From: Balanoglossus misakiensis
Taxonomy: Eukaryota > Animalia > Hemichordata
Length of the DNA: 64,000 bases
Reading direction: 5' to 3'
Assembly (NCBI GenBank): GCA_040954595.2
Contig: CM082586.2
Span: 7,533,337 to 7,597,336 of the forward strand
Positions 49,560-61,553 of this stretch are shown here, piece after piece; the stretch's first letter is position 1; each line of letters begins with the position of its first letter. The notes below the pieces were generated by a model, which saw only the letters and a program-made list of their open reading frames with translations, searched no databases and was not told the origin of the DNA. Made by a program: the position numbers and the translations under genes.

Positions 49560-50755
49560 TGAAAGCCATATACCTCTAGTGAGTTTCATCAAATTTGGCT
49601 CAGTATCTCTTGATTTGTAAATAGCAGAATTAGACAAGTTGGTTAAATTTACAAACCAGCAGTCACATCATTAACTGAAGCAAGTTTCATCACATTAAGT
49701 GCAGTAATTTCAGAAATAGAGCACTAAACAGAGCAGTTGTTAAATATGCAAATTTGCAGTTTATTGATTAAAAACTGGCAGAGTTATTAAATGCAATGTA
49801 AAACTGTTTGTCTGACCAGTCAAATTAAATTCGGTGCAGGAACTCTGGCTTTGTAGGGGTAAATATGCAAATTAGCCATTTTCATTAGAAAATGTCATAA
49901 AATATGCAAATGAGCAGTCTATTGATTATAAACCAAAACTAAATAAAATTTAATAATTGTGAAAATATGTTAGGCAAGATTCATCAGATATGGTGCCCGA
50001 TCTCTGGATTTATGAGGCTAATTGTTAAGTCATAAAATATGCAAATTATCCATTAATTCTGTAATTGCTGAATGTCTCACAAAACAGTCAGATCGCCGTC
50101 AGATTGTCATTTGTAGAATGATATGTTTCATCAAAATTAGTGCAGTAAGTTAATTCAGAAATACAGCACTAACTAGAAAAGGTCATTAAATATGCAAATG
50201 AGCAGATAATTGACATGACACCATAATACCATCATAACTTTGTGAGATTGCTATCTGTAGACAGTTTCATCAGATTCGGTGCAGTAATTCTTAATATAAA
50301 AATGCTGTTCTGTTGCATCCCATAGACAACCATGTAACAGAAAAATTAAAACTCTCATAACTTCATTAATATGCAAGCCCCGCCCACTGATATCTAATCA
50401 GTTCTTGCCATTCAGAAACTGAATTAGCATATCAAATTTAGCTTGAATCCGCCATTCTTGAGATGTGTTAAAGGTAGACGGTCACCTATGCAAATATAAC
50501 TACAGTTGCCATGGCAAATTGAGATCTAGCCAATTATAGAATTTCAGTGGGTGGCACACGTAAAAAAAAGAGCGCCACCATATGTTCTTTAGAACACTCA
50601 AATACGCCATTTCAGCCAAATATGGGCGTATGTAAATTGGAGGTGACTGTATATACCTTTAACAGGGACAGAACCACACATTGATTGACACACATACAGA
50701 CAGAAATCGTAACAGGGACATCAGCTCACGTGTGTGTGTGCATGTGAACTAAACT
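49560..50755 (+). mobile_element. Helentron/HINE-like element remnant with internal ATGCAAAT-containing repeats
   Basis: Repeated gtttcatca...gtgcagtaa...aaatatgcaaat motifs. The 3' end tcagctcacgtgtgtgtgtgcatgtgaactaaa is an imperfect hairpin followed by TAAA. Confidence 0.5.
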
Positions 50756-51399
50756 GACGAAGTAAAATGGATTGAGAAACATATAAGTTTATTTTTATTT
50801 GTCAGCAATGAAATGGGCATTTTTCTGTTTGAATACCTTGGTCAAGTCTTCTCACTGTATGTTCATAACACCTGTGACACCTGCACAACTGCATCTCTTG
50901 AAGTTGGAAGTAAGACATGGGTGACCGTTTCCTGGATTCCAAATGGAAACATTGTTTGGAGAAGAATTTTTTGATCCTCTTTGATCAGGTTTGTGTGTTT
51001 TATTTCTTCTTTTATCATAATTTATGAGTAGTTTTTATTTCAGTTTTATGTTTATATTTTTGTTGAACACATCTTAGCCTGCATGTCCAATTTTTTTTTT
51101 AAAGAAGAGCAAGAAATAGATTGATATTCATTGAAGATAACAGTATAAAAATGTATAATTATGCTGTTTCATTTTAATAAATTTGCAATTTATAAAATAT
51201 ATGTGATAGTGATATTGCATGGGCCTAAATACAATATGTGAAGTGGGGGATTGAAAATTTCTGACCCTGCTGGGGGGCAAGGCATTAAGGAGGTCTGTAA
51301 AACATTTTTTTTTTTTTTTTTTTTTTATTCTATTCCATCTGACCCCCCACCCCAACCGTTTTATTCTGATTGCTACATGTTGGCTGTAGTTGCCTTTGG

Positions 51400-51515
51400 T
51401 TGCGTCCATACCCGACGCGTCGCGACGAATGGGACGACGCGTATGTACGCATAAGCCCGCACGTCGCGTCGGAGTCTGCGCAGTGGAAGAGGAAGTAGCG
51501 AAACCAAGATGGCCG
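51400..51515 (+). promoter_or_regulatory. CpG-rich DEDD proximal promoter
   Basis: Dense CpG (gacgcgtcgcgacg, acgcgt, cgtcgcgtcgg), tandem GGAAG (ETS-like) sites, and a YY1-like CAAGATGGCCG overlapping the ATG. Confidence 0.6.
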
Positions 51516-54500
51516 ACACGGGGCAGAAGGGACCGCACTCGTTACATGACATATTTAGAATTGTCGCGAATCAGCTCACCCAGAGAGACCTTGAAATCAT
51601 CCGAAGTTTCTATCCAACAACGCTTTCTGAAACAGATAAAGCAAAAATTCTGGACGGTTTTGGTTTGTTCCTTGCATTGGAAAAGAATGGACTATGTGAC
51701 GCATCGAATTTCAAGCCGATTTTGGAACTGTTGAGAATAACATCAAGACATGATTTAATTCCATATATTACCTCAAAAAGGAGAAAAACAGGCAAGTAGA
51801 ATCATGTTGGTAAACCTGAATATCAGGTGGATACATGTGTGGGAACTTTATCGAGCTGGGCAATGAATGTGCAGTCTGCGAAATTCACTATGTTCATAAG
51901 GCCAGCGAGGGAGGGAGGGAGAGAGACTTGCAAAGGTGTTCACAGCAGTTTGTTAGGGCCTTCAGACCCACGTCGATACCTTCAGAGACTATCCCTATAA
52001 AATTATCCTATTTGTCCATAGATCTTACGCTTAAATTACTGGTGTAAATAATAGAGAGAATCTCAGACAATGATGTCAAGGTTACAATATCCACAAATGT
52101 GAGAGCTAGAGAGCCACTGTACTGTGAACAGGCAGTTACTAACTAGACAGTTTACAGTGATAAGAAAGTACGAATGGTAGACCTGGTCAGGTGGATACAA
52201 TAATTGAAGCCCTGATATCCAGGTATGGAGCATTTGGTTTCTCCAGGTGAAACCACTAAACCTGGTATCATGGCTACAGTCTAATTCATTGCAAAAAAAC
52301 TGACAGGAAGCCATTCTGCATTTCTGGGTTAAACCGGTTTAAGTATTTAACTGCTAGAACAGTTATAGTAAAAGTTGTTCCAAATTTGACAGTACTGAGG
52401 ATCGGTGAGATAGCAAAATAATAAATTCTCGCACCCTGAGGACCTGACATTAGATTTCTCAAACTTGTTGAGGATATCAGTATTTTGTTTCACAGTCTCT
52501 CCAACAAATGTGAGAAATCATATCCCAGGTCGACTCGTTGATGTAGGAGATTCATTTTCTCAGAAATATTGAATTATTGACTGCATAATTGTTGCCCAGC
52601 ACCTTGTAGTCACTGCCCATTCATTGACATCATGCCATTGGAAAGCACTTTGTGCAACATTTATGTATTATTAGTTCAACCCATACAATGTTTTCAAATC
52701 GATGAGAGTGGGGGGTCGATTTGTTGATGTCAGAGTGCTATCAAACCTTCCAAGGGGCAGACAGGCAGACATCTCATTCTTTGGCTGCTAATAAAATTCA
52801 GAAAGCTGGACTGTGCTTTTAACCCTTTCACCCCCAGTTCCCTCTTTAGAAGTCCAACCTTAACTTAGACAACAATGGGTTTGGACTGAACCATGGTGGG
52901 GAAAGGGTTAATCCGGCATGCAAAACCTGAATACATATGGGGAGATGGTAGACATACAAATATAGGACATGGTGCATGTATGTCTGTCATTCACACCTGT
53001 TACTGGTACCAGCTGCTTGTCTGACATACATACATGTCTAACTGAATTCCTTGGCAAGTTGGAGAAAACCCAGGTCAAACATGTATAGTGTTTCATCTAG
53101 AGGGTGCGTGACAGGGCGATTCCCCCTCTGTTGACCTGTTGGACCCCCCCCCCCCCCCCAAGGCAATTGGCCAAGGGGCGACCAGCGCTGTCTGAAAATG
53201 GTATCAGTCCTGGTAATACACAAGAATGATTGACATTACAGCCCCCCCCCCCTGTCAGACTGAAACCCCCCTCCACAAATATTCTACCGAAGGGGACAAT
53301 CCCCCCCCCCCCCCCCCCCCCCCCCCCGGATGATGCATCCTAGATGGAACACTGCATGTACATGAGTTTTGTATATATCATTAGACTATCCAAGATTGTA
53401 ATATAAATTTCTCCCATTATTGTTGCCACTACTAGTCTAGTGTTATAAGTTCATTCAAATTTGCTGTGGAATGTTTACACATCTCAGTACCAGTAAGCCC
53501 ATATGATGTGCCACTCACTGGTGACTCAAGAAAATTATCCACAAAGGTATAGGGCTGACTCAGAGAAATTTTAAGAAATCCTCAAATTGACTCAAAGCTT
53601 TTAAAACTTATGTTTGTTAGACTTAGAGGGCACACTGTTTGGTACATTCTTTGTAAGGGTGGTTAGTATGGTACCCATGATGGGGTGTGGCAGCAAATCA
53701 ATTTTCAAATGCCAAAGTCCCTCACCAGTCACTGAATGATATCGCTGTATGGCTATCAACATTGTGAGGACTATTAGTAATTTGACACATGCTTTCCAGC
53801 CATTTACTGTGATGCATTGTACTCTATTTGATCTCTGATCTGTGCGGTGATCTCATAGATATAAATTGTACACTGTTGTGTTACAGAAGTATATACTATT
53901 GACATACAAGAAATTCCCAGCTTTGCAGAATATATATCAGTGTGATACATTAAAAACATGGCTATAATTTCTCATTCAGTGACTCCCGATCCTGTCGACA
54001 AGTACTTAGACGATACAGCGTGTATTTCTGTGAAGGAGGTAGAAGCTGAAGACGATGTTTTAATTCTGAGACGGAAAAACAGATGTGAACAAGAAGTTGT
54101 TGAGAGTGTCAGAGAGCCGCCCAAGAAGAAGAGAAGGAAAGGATCCAAAGAAGGGAAGGTGAAGGAGAGTGAAGAGGCCAAGGAGAAAGAAAAGTTTACT
54201 TGTGGTGAGTTTTGACCAATGAATGACAAGGATTGTAATATTCAGCCATCTGATTGGCTGCGGCCAGGATTTTTCTTTTCAACTAGAAGGCTTGCGACCC
54301 TGAACAGTGAATTATGAACAAAAAGATGGAATAGAACATATTTAGAGGAGAACAAGCGCAGAATAGAACACATTTTTTGGAAAATTTCAGCATTTTGGTG
54401 TCTGTGGCATAAAGTCGCGCTACTTTAATAGCAACTCAAGATTGTTGCACAAATAGGCTGATGAGTGGAATTGAAGAGGCCCTGAACTTGAATGATATGC

Positions 54501-55105
54501 GAGTCAGTGTGAGATTTTCTATCAAATTCTGGTCAAAAATTTGGCCAGTTGTTACTGAACACTGTTTCTTGTAGAACCACAATAGACCTATAAACCAGAC
54601 ACCTGTAAACAAAACATTTTCTTCAGTCCCTTGGTGTTTGGTTTAGCCAGGTTTTACTGTATACATGTAATTCTACATAATTGAACACAGAAGGGTGAAT
54701 TTCTGATACTTAAGGGATTTTTTTCTGTTTCTTTCCTCAGACATACGACTGCGAGTACGAGCGGAATACTGTCACCACGACAACGCCCTGCAGGGCAACA
54801 TCTTCAGTAATAAAGCGGAGCGCATTGAGCGCCAATTTGAGAAATTCACTCAAGCGAGTACAATACTGAAATCCCGGGACCTGGGATCCATAATATGTGA
54901 CATCAAGTTTTCCGAGTTGACATATCTGGACGCCTTTTGGCGGGACTACATCAACGGCTCCCTCCTGGAAGCTTTAAAAGGCGTCTTCATTACGGAGTCG
55001 CTGAAGCAGGCCGTGGGACACGAGGCCATCAAACTGCTTGTTAATGTGGATGAGGATGACTATGAGGCGGGCAGGCTCAAACTACTGAAGAATCTGACTC
55101 AGTAG
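51509..55105 (+). CDS. DEDD: Death effector domain-containing protein (~290 aa)
   Basis: Exons: 51509-51791 (DED: SLHDIFRIVANQLTQRD...FLALEKNGLCDASNF...LLRITSRHDLIPYITSKRRK; GC donor); 53980-54204 (VTPDPVDKYL...PPKKKRRK NLS...TC); 54741-55105 (DIRLRVRAEYC...SRDLGSIICDIKFSELTYLDAFWRDYINGSLLEALKGVFIT...LLVNVDEDDY). Total 873 nt, phases consistent. Confidence 0.96.
52819..52911. mobile_element. piggyBac-like ~90-bp MITE, copy 2 (DEDD intron 1)
   Basis: ttaa-ccctttcacccccagttccctc...ggggaaaggg-ttaa. Confidence 0.8.
53080..53360. mobile_element. MITE with (C/T)AGTGTT(T/C)CATCTAG TIRs and CATGTA direct flanks
   Basis: catgta-tagtgtttcatctag ... ctagatggaacactg-catgta, with C-run-rich interior. 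Confidence 0.65.
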
Positions 55106-55394
55106 ATTGGTGTGTAGTACCCCCCTGGTTGATCGGCGAGAACCACGATTGTGCCACGAAAGACCGAAAAAAACAGAGCACATTACATTTTACAACTCTG
55201 GCAGTACTGCACCTGTTGCCCAGAGAGATTTTCCTGAACTGTAAAAAAAGTGTGAACATTTTGTAATAATTATTATACTTTGCAGTTTGGACATTCTGCG
55301 AAGAAAATAAGATATCTGAATTATGAAAAAGCTGCAATATTGCTGGTGAAAATTCGGTATAGAAATCTCTTCTACTGTATGTTGCGGGGATCTG

Positions 55395-55485
55395 TTAGCC
55401 CTTTCACTACCATGGTTTGGTCCAAATCGATTGTTGTCTGTAGCAAAGATGAACTTGTATAGAGGGAAACAGGGGTGAAAGGGTT
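55395..55485. mobile_element. piggyBac-like MITE, copy 3 (reverse orientation), in the DEDD 3' UTR
   Basis: ttagccctttcactaccatggtttggtcc...gagggaaacaggggtgaaaggg is the reverse complement of the family consensus. Confidence 0.75.
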
Positions 55486-55892
55486 TGAGGCTTCTGTTTG
55501 CCCTTGCACAATTGGAAACGGACCGAGTTTTTATAAACTGGAAATTCAGGCAGTTCTAGTAATGGTCACTCGTGAAAGCCCCTTGGTAGGGAACTTTTGG
55601 CATATTTGTTACCTCAAAGTAGTTCTCTTCAGAATTTGTTGAATTGCCTCTTCAACCATTTAATTATTTATTTGCCAATTATTTACTTGTACGTTCCCTG
55701 TTGTTGATTTCTGGTTGAGATTTGTCCTATATAGCACAGGAAACTTTTACTTTTCAAATAATAATTCTGTACTATACTCAAAAAGTTCTGTACTATAAGG
55801 CTTTCATGAAAGGTACATTGGTCCATTCTCATTGTCATATTTTCAGGACTATACCACATACAATATAGATTTTGTACTTTGAAGCAGTGACT

Positions 55893-55984
55893 TTAACCCT
55901 TTCACCCCCAGTTCCCCCTGTAGAGGTCTAACTTTACCATAGAAAACAATGGATTTGGACCGAACCATGCTGGTGAAGGGTTAA
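55893..55984. mobile_element. piggyBac-like MITE, copy 4, in the DEDD 3' UTR
   Basis: ttaa-ccctttcaccccc...ggtgaaggg-ttaa. Confidence 0.8.
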
Positions 55985-56867
55985 CGTACCAGCGAAACGT
56001 ACCCCTAAGAATTTTCTGCATTTCAAACTGTCTGCCAGATGTAGACGAGGTTTTATAGCCTGTAGGGGAGAGAGAGATCAATTAGGATTATGTGCACTGC
56101 TTCTGCCAGTAGTAATTAAGTATGAGGCTTAGTTTCGAACGCCTAGAATTCAAACCCTGAGAAATTGATCCATATTCATACAATACACTGTTTGAATGTA
56201 CCAGTTTGAATTGGCAACAATGTCACGCGACCCCAATTTCAGAGAACAGACTGTTTAGTTTCTGTACTTGGCTTTTTACACCAGATGTGCCGTGTGCACA
56301 TATTCAGATGACTGTTGTTTTGGTCCCCTTTTACAAAAGTCAATAACACGTTGAAAATCAGGGCATGTCAGGACTTGACATTTTGGTGAAATGAAACGTT
56401 TCCATAATTCCCGTGATGTAGGGAAGTGTCATGTTTAAGCTAAAGTATTCCCATCCTCCCAACCCAATCCTTTGTAATTCTCAGACAGGATATAATCACA
56501 GTTTTGTTGAAAAACCGGTGCTGTTTGCATAGGGCTGTTGATTTTCTTAAACTAGAACAGTTATTTTCAGCTAAGCACAGTATTATAGTTTACTATTTGA
56601 TGACACCGCCAATGTTTTTGTCAGAAGACTTCTCTGTTGATCATTTGTTTCCAGTCTGCATTCCATATTTTGTGAGTACATTGACTTTGCTGGTAGCACA
56701 CACAGTCACCAGGATTCCTCTCACCACAGACACTGTGGATAGGGCAAATTTATCCAATCACAGGTTTTCACTTGGGGCCACTCAAAAACAAGTGGGCTCC
56801 ACATTATCATTAGAACACTTTCGATACTACTAGAAATGGGCATGTGTAGAGATGACTCATCACCATG

Positions 56868-56951
56868 AACCCTTTCACCCCTATTTTCTTGTACAAAGGT
56901 CCAGCATTGCTGTTAAAAACAGTGGACCAAACCATTGTGGTGAAAGGGTTA
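56868..56951. mobile_element. piggyBac-like MITE, copy 5 (diverged), in the DEDD 3' UTR
   Basis: aaccctttcacccc...ggaccaaaccattgtggtgaaagggtta. Confidence 0.7.
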
Positions 56952-57087
56952 GGTCCATGACTATCAGATTGTGTTCACTATCCTATAATATCATGTTTTT
57001 GAAAAAATAGTGTGTTACTGTAGCAACGCCAATACTCTGTTTCTGATTGTAAATATATCCCTGTTGACTTTCATACTTATAAGTTCA

Positions 57088-57096
57088 TTTAATAAA
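57088..57096 (+). terminator. Probable DEDD polyadenylation signal (AATAAA)
   Basis: AATAAA at 57091-57096 is followed by a T/GT-rich tract, ~2 kb after the DEDD stop and just before the convergent gene. Confidence 0.55.
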
Positions 57097-57261
57097 AAGT
57101 TTTCATGCTTGCTACATACTTTTGTGTGATTCAAGGTTTTTTTCTTCAAAGGAGTGTACAATGACACTGCAAATCAGAGGTGGCACACATTGCTAGAGTG
57201 TATTTTAAAACCAATTTGTTTTAATATATTTATATTTTGGTGTTTCTATAGCAATGAAATT

Positions 57262-60200
57262 TTATACAAGTTTCCTAAATTTATTTGGCATGTTTTGAAT
57301 GTCACGTAAGTAGAGAGTTTGTTGGCCATTGGCTGTTCGACTGTAGGTCACCACTTGTGTCCATGATGATCTGTTACAGCCCATGAATACAGCAGCTCCT
57401 GAAAGAGAGAAAAATAGTCAGAAGATTATACATGTGAGCATTTCACGGGGTATGTTAGCAATGCTGATAGGCATGGTAATATTTAACGGTAGAAAAGGTT
57501 TCAAAGAAGAGCATGAACAAGGAAATCATTAAAAACAGGCCATTATTGCAACCAGTTGTCCAGCTTCAAATTTTATTCATTTGCAATAATGATTGACATT
57601 TATTTATTTTTAAGCAAAATTGGGAAAAATAAAACTTAACCCATTGTGTGAATGTATAGGTAGAGTCAGTTATCGTTTTCTCCCTGTTGACAAGAGCTTG
57701 CCTTTAAACTTACGTGTGGCTATTTCTTGTTCTAATAATGACACAAAGTAATTATCCTGGGCTATTTCTTTGATCCCTGGAATCTGTGATTCACACAAAT
57801 CAGACGATGTCACAATTTTGGGTATCTTCAAACGCAGGATTTCAATGATTTCCTGGAAACACACAAAAAAATAAAATGAGAATGTTTTAACCGGAGTGTG
57901 ACCTTTTGTTGCAAGGAGGAATTGTGGGTAAATTTTGCAGTTCTTACCTGTGAACCAGGTGGAAAGGTCAGGAATAGACACTCTAAGTTGTTTTGTTTCA
58001 TGAAATCATAAACTGCCATGGTGACGTACTCTCCAACTTGTCGTAGTTCTTGAAAATGTGAAGAACAGTCCAGCTCTCCCCAGGGAACCCACATATTGAA
58101 TGCACACCTAGGTGAATGAAGAAAAAATAAGACTCCCTTTAATAAAGTTTTCTTGCATCTTGATGTGTACTGGAGATATGGAGCAATAGCTGTGTTCTGT
58201 GTTGACAATCCACATGAACCTAAGTCTTGTGCCTGGTCATACATTTCTTTCATAGTATTTCGAAAGTATATTGAGCAAAAGTTGTACAGTTAAGGATAAC
58301 ATATTAAACCTCACAACATTCATTGATGATAATCACTTTGAAAAGAATTGTCATGTTTGATTTTATTCAGTGTTTTTTTATACAATGGCACATCAACAGA
58401 TTAGGGAAAAGAGTCAAAGAGTGATCAGTTCACTTGGTAGTATACAAAAGAATGTGATTTCATAGTTCACATTCAACAGGTGTTTGCAATTATATAAGTT
58501 CGTAATTTCCAGCGTATACCACACGGATGGAAATCTTTGAATGGTAAAAGGTTAGTTTTAACAAAAAAGAATGTACTCACATTTCGCCAGTTTTATTTCT
58601 CCACTGCATAGCAACGAAATGTTGTCCATTGCACACCTCTGACATTGCATGATCTGCCAGGTTGCGAATGAAAGGCGCCCTCTGTAGGTGTCTGTCAATT
58701 CTCATCGCAACGTCAGTCTGGTCATCGCTCTTCATCATTTCAACAAAATCCATGGCTCTGTAAATTCCTAAACATTTCACCTTTTCACCCATGACGAAAA
58801 GTTCATTGACTTCATCCACGGTTTGGACAATGCTATCCAAACCTGGAAGTTCTACATCCCATAGTTCCTTGTAGGTGTTTCTGGTGCGGTTGTAATCAAA
58901 TATAAATTGGCTGATTTCTCGTTTTGTAGCGAAGGGATTATGTAAAACCACGTCAACTTTACCATCACATTTGCGCATGTAATCTTCTGGAGTTGTAAGC
59001 GGTACTATTTCTCGTAATATGCCACTGTCAAATGTTTGGTTGAATTCTCTCCAACCATGAGTTAGCCAACCATCTGGTTGCGTGTGGTGTATATGAAATG
59101 GTATTGTCACCAATATCCTGTTTGTGTTGATAGCGTATTCGATTGCTATTCTATAATTCTTATAATTCCAGTTAGGACCACCTTCCCATGTCTGGATAGG
59201 AAATAAATATCTAGATGATTCTGTTCCCACCAATTCTTCATCGCTGTCTTTGCCGTTTGAATTACTCGGAGTCTGTAAAAAAAGCAAAAAGCGACTGCTC
59301 AAACATTTTATATTGGTAACTACCACGATGTTCATAGTTATAATTGAGAAAGGATTATTTGTAACGAAAACTACTTAAACTTTAGTAATCTTAATACGAT
59401 TCACAGATATATTATCGTTTTGAAACTGACATTTCATAGACGATGTTTCCAAAACAAACGTATGGAAATTAAAATGGGAATCTATGAGGTTCGTGACGAC
59501 ATATTTTGATTCAAATTTTGAGCATTTATCCTGTCGATGACGTCAATATAAATACATGTACCTGCTTTTACGTAACCAAACAAAGGCAAACCTTTAAAAA
59601 AAACTTTACTTTCGTTCATAAAATTTTTCTGAAGTATGATCAAATCACGAGCAAATCAAAACCTTTTCGTCAATTTATATCAGGAAAACTGCAGTCAAAA
59701 TGTTTTCGAACAGCCAGCTCTCATCCTTGCATCAAAATCCAGCCGACAGTCTCTTCCAAAGCGTATTGTTTATTGGATTAAGTGATGCGTGGGTAACATC
59801 TGCGTAGATAATATTCATTTTGAATAGCCGATATTGTGCTTTCATCGCGGACATATTTTCCAAAGCATCTAGTATGGTGGTCAAGATATTCGAAAACACG
59901 AGTTGAAATTATTGGTGGTAATTAATGATCGCCGGATGAGAGTTATCTGTCAACCAGTCTTAAATATAGATGAAAATTGTGTTAGAACTGTGGTTCGTTG
60001 TAACTGTCACGGTGTCGTTTTTTATCCGATGACGTTTTTCAACTGCATGTCAGAAACTTGACAACCGGGTCGATTTGTATAGCTAGCATTGTGGCCGTGA
60101 TTACGACACTTCTCGGAGAATAATCTATCTTTTGATTCGAGATCACGGTTAGTTCAAGGTGTGACCGTGTCCAAGTCTGATAATATGTATTCCTTGAAGG

Positions 60201-60538
60201 CCCAGTGTAACAATATTTCAAGCCAGCTAATTTTGCAGTTATTGGCTAAAACTGACATTATTATCGCTCTCTCACTTTATTTCAACTACACTATAACTTA
60301 CCGACGTTTCGTGAAGCAAATTTCTGACGTCACCATTCTCAGTAGTTATATCATTTCCAGTCGTTGTTGCAAGAGAGATGTGTAATGAAGAATGGGTTAA
60401 TGGCTCTCCATCTTTTAGCATCACACTTTCCCAGTCCAATTCATCGGTATCTTCCACAAGCTCCGGGAACGACACGTAATATAACGCTATCGTAGTTATA
60501 GACAATGACAATAAACTTATGAAAACCATAGATCGCAT
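57262..60538 (-). CDS. O-fucosyltransferase-family (POFUT-like, GT-B) type II membrane glycosyltransferase, ~454 aa
   Basis: Exons (minus): 60538-60302 (signal anchor MVFISLLSLSITTIALYYV plus stem), 59272-58581, 58107-57948, 57852-57714, 57398-57262 (TAA). Total 1365 nt, phases consistent. Motifs YLFP...GGPNWNY, FVAMQWRNK and SLLEQEIATRAAVFMGCNRSSWT parallel the fucosyltransferase motifs recalled from POFUT2 (GFN, HLRRxD, DQxICxxAxxFIGTxxSTFS). Confidence 0.85.
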
Positions 60539-61553
60539 GATGACGTCAATGCGATGTCATAGACCCAAAGACAATAGTCTTGTGAACCGCACTTGTGCAT
60601 ACAAGTTTAGTTTTCGTAGACTGCAACATACATTCTTTGGCCCGGGTGGAGTCGAACAGGTATTGCTGAAAAATGTGTCATCGCCGCCGAGGAACACAAG
60701 TCGGCCAAGAAAAAAATCGGAAGCAATAATATGTCCAAAGTGGAGGGACTATGTGGCAATGCAACCAATGCGAACCATGGATTAGCAATTAGTGTTTTGA
60801 ATTCGTTATAGGTATTTGTACTTCTGGCACGAATGCAACAGCTTGTGCCGATTAAACTACAACATGTTCCTACGGCAACGGATTATCTCTGCATAAGGGG
60901 CTTTGAGTTCAGCATCAGGGGCTCCATTCTATAGGTATACTGGCCTACCTCAGGCTACATACAGCTACAGGCTTAGGCTAGTACATATTGGTAAAATCAC
61001 CTGTAGGCCTAAGTCCCATTTTATAGAAATTTATCGGTTCGCTTATAGAATATAATATCGTATAAAAGGCGTTCTAATTGAATACTAAAACCAATAGTGA
61101 CCTATAGGTTGGCCTATTGCATAGGTTATTTTATTTTTATGAGTGAAATTGCAGGGAATACCATATCTACAGGCATCTCAGGCATTCTGGTCGTCAAATG
61201 TCAGCAATGACAACAGCGATAGCAGCAACAAAGAAATGATGTTGATGGTGGTAGTGGTGATGATGATAATGATGATGATGTGTGTGCTGTTCTCGCTTTG
61301 TTATATTTTATTTCTTTATTTGTCCTTATTCATACAACATACATTTTAAATTTTTAGCTATGTTGGTATTTACTCAATGTATGTATTTGTAAAAAAAAAA
61401 ACCCCCACAAACAAACAAATATATAAATAACGACAAAATCAGAGCCTGGGCTCCCCATGCAAAATGTTCAACAAGAGAGCCAAGTTGTCTCAAATTCAAA
61501 CAGTGAATTTTATGAAAACAAGACAATGAATGTTAAATCTCTGATTCCCCATT

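Larger units (their letters stand above)
38700..50994 (+). ncRNA. Candidate multi-exon non-coding or decayed transcription unit (or long alternative 5' UTR of DEDD)
   Basis: A series of plus-strand polypyrimidine-AG acceptors and GT donors bounds short segments (e.g. 39798-, 40858-40948, 42411-42483, 42710-42795, 43754-43833, 44948-45077, donor at 50988). No continuous ORF. Transcription is not demonstrated. Confidence 0.35.
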
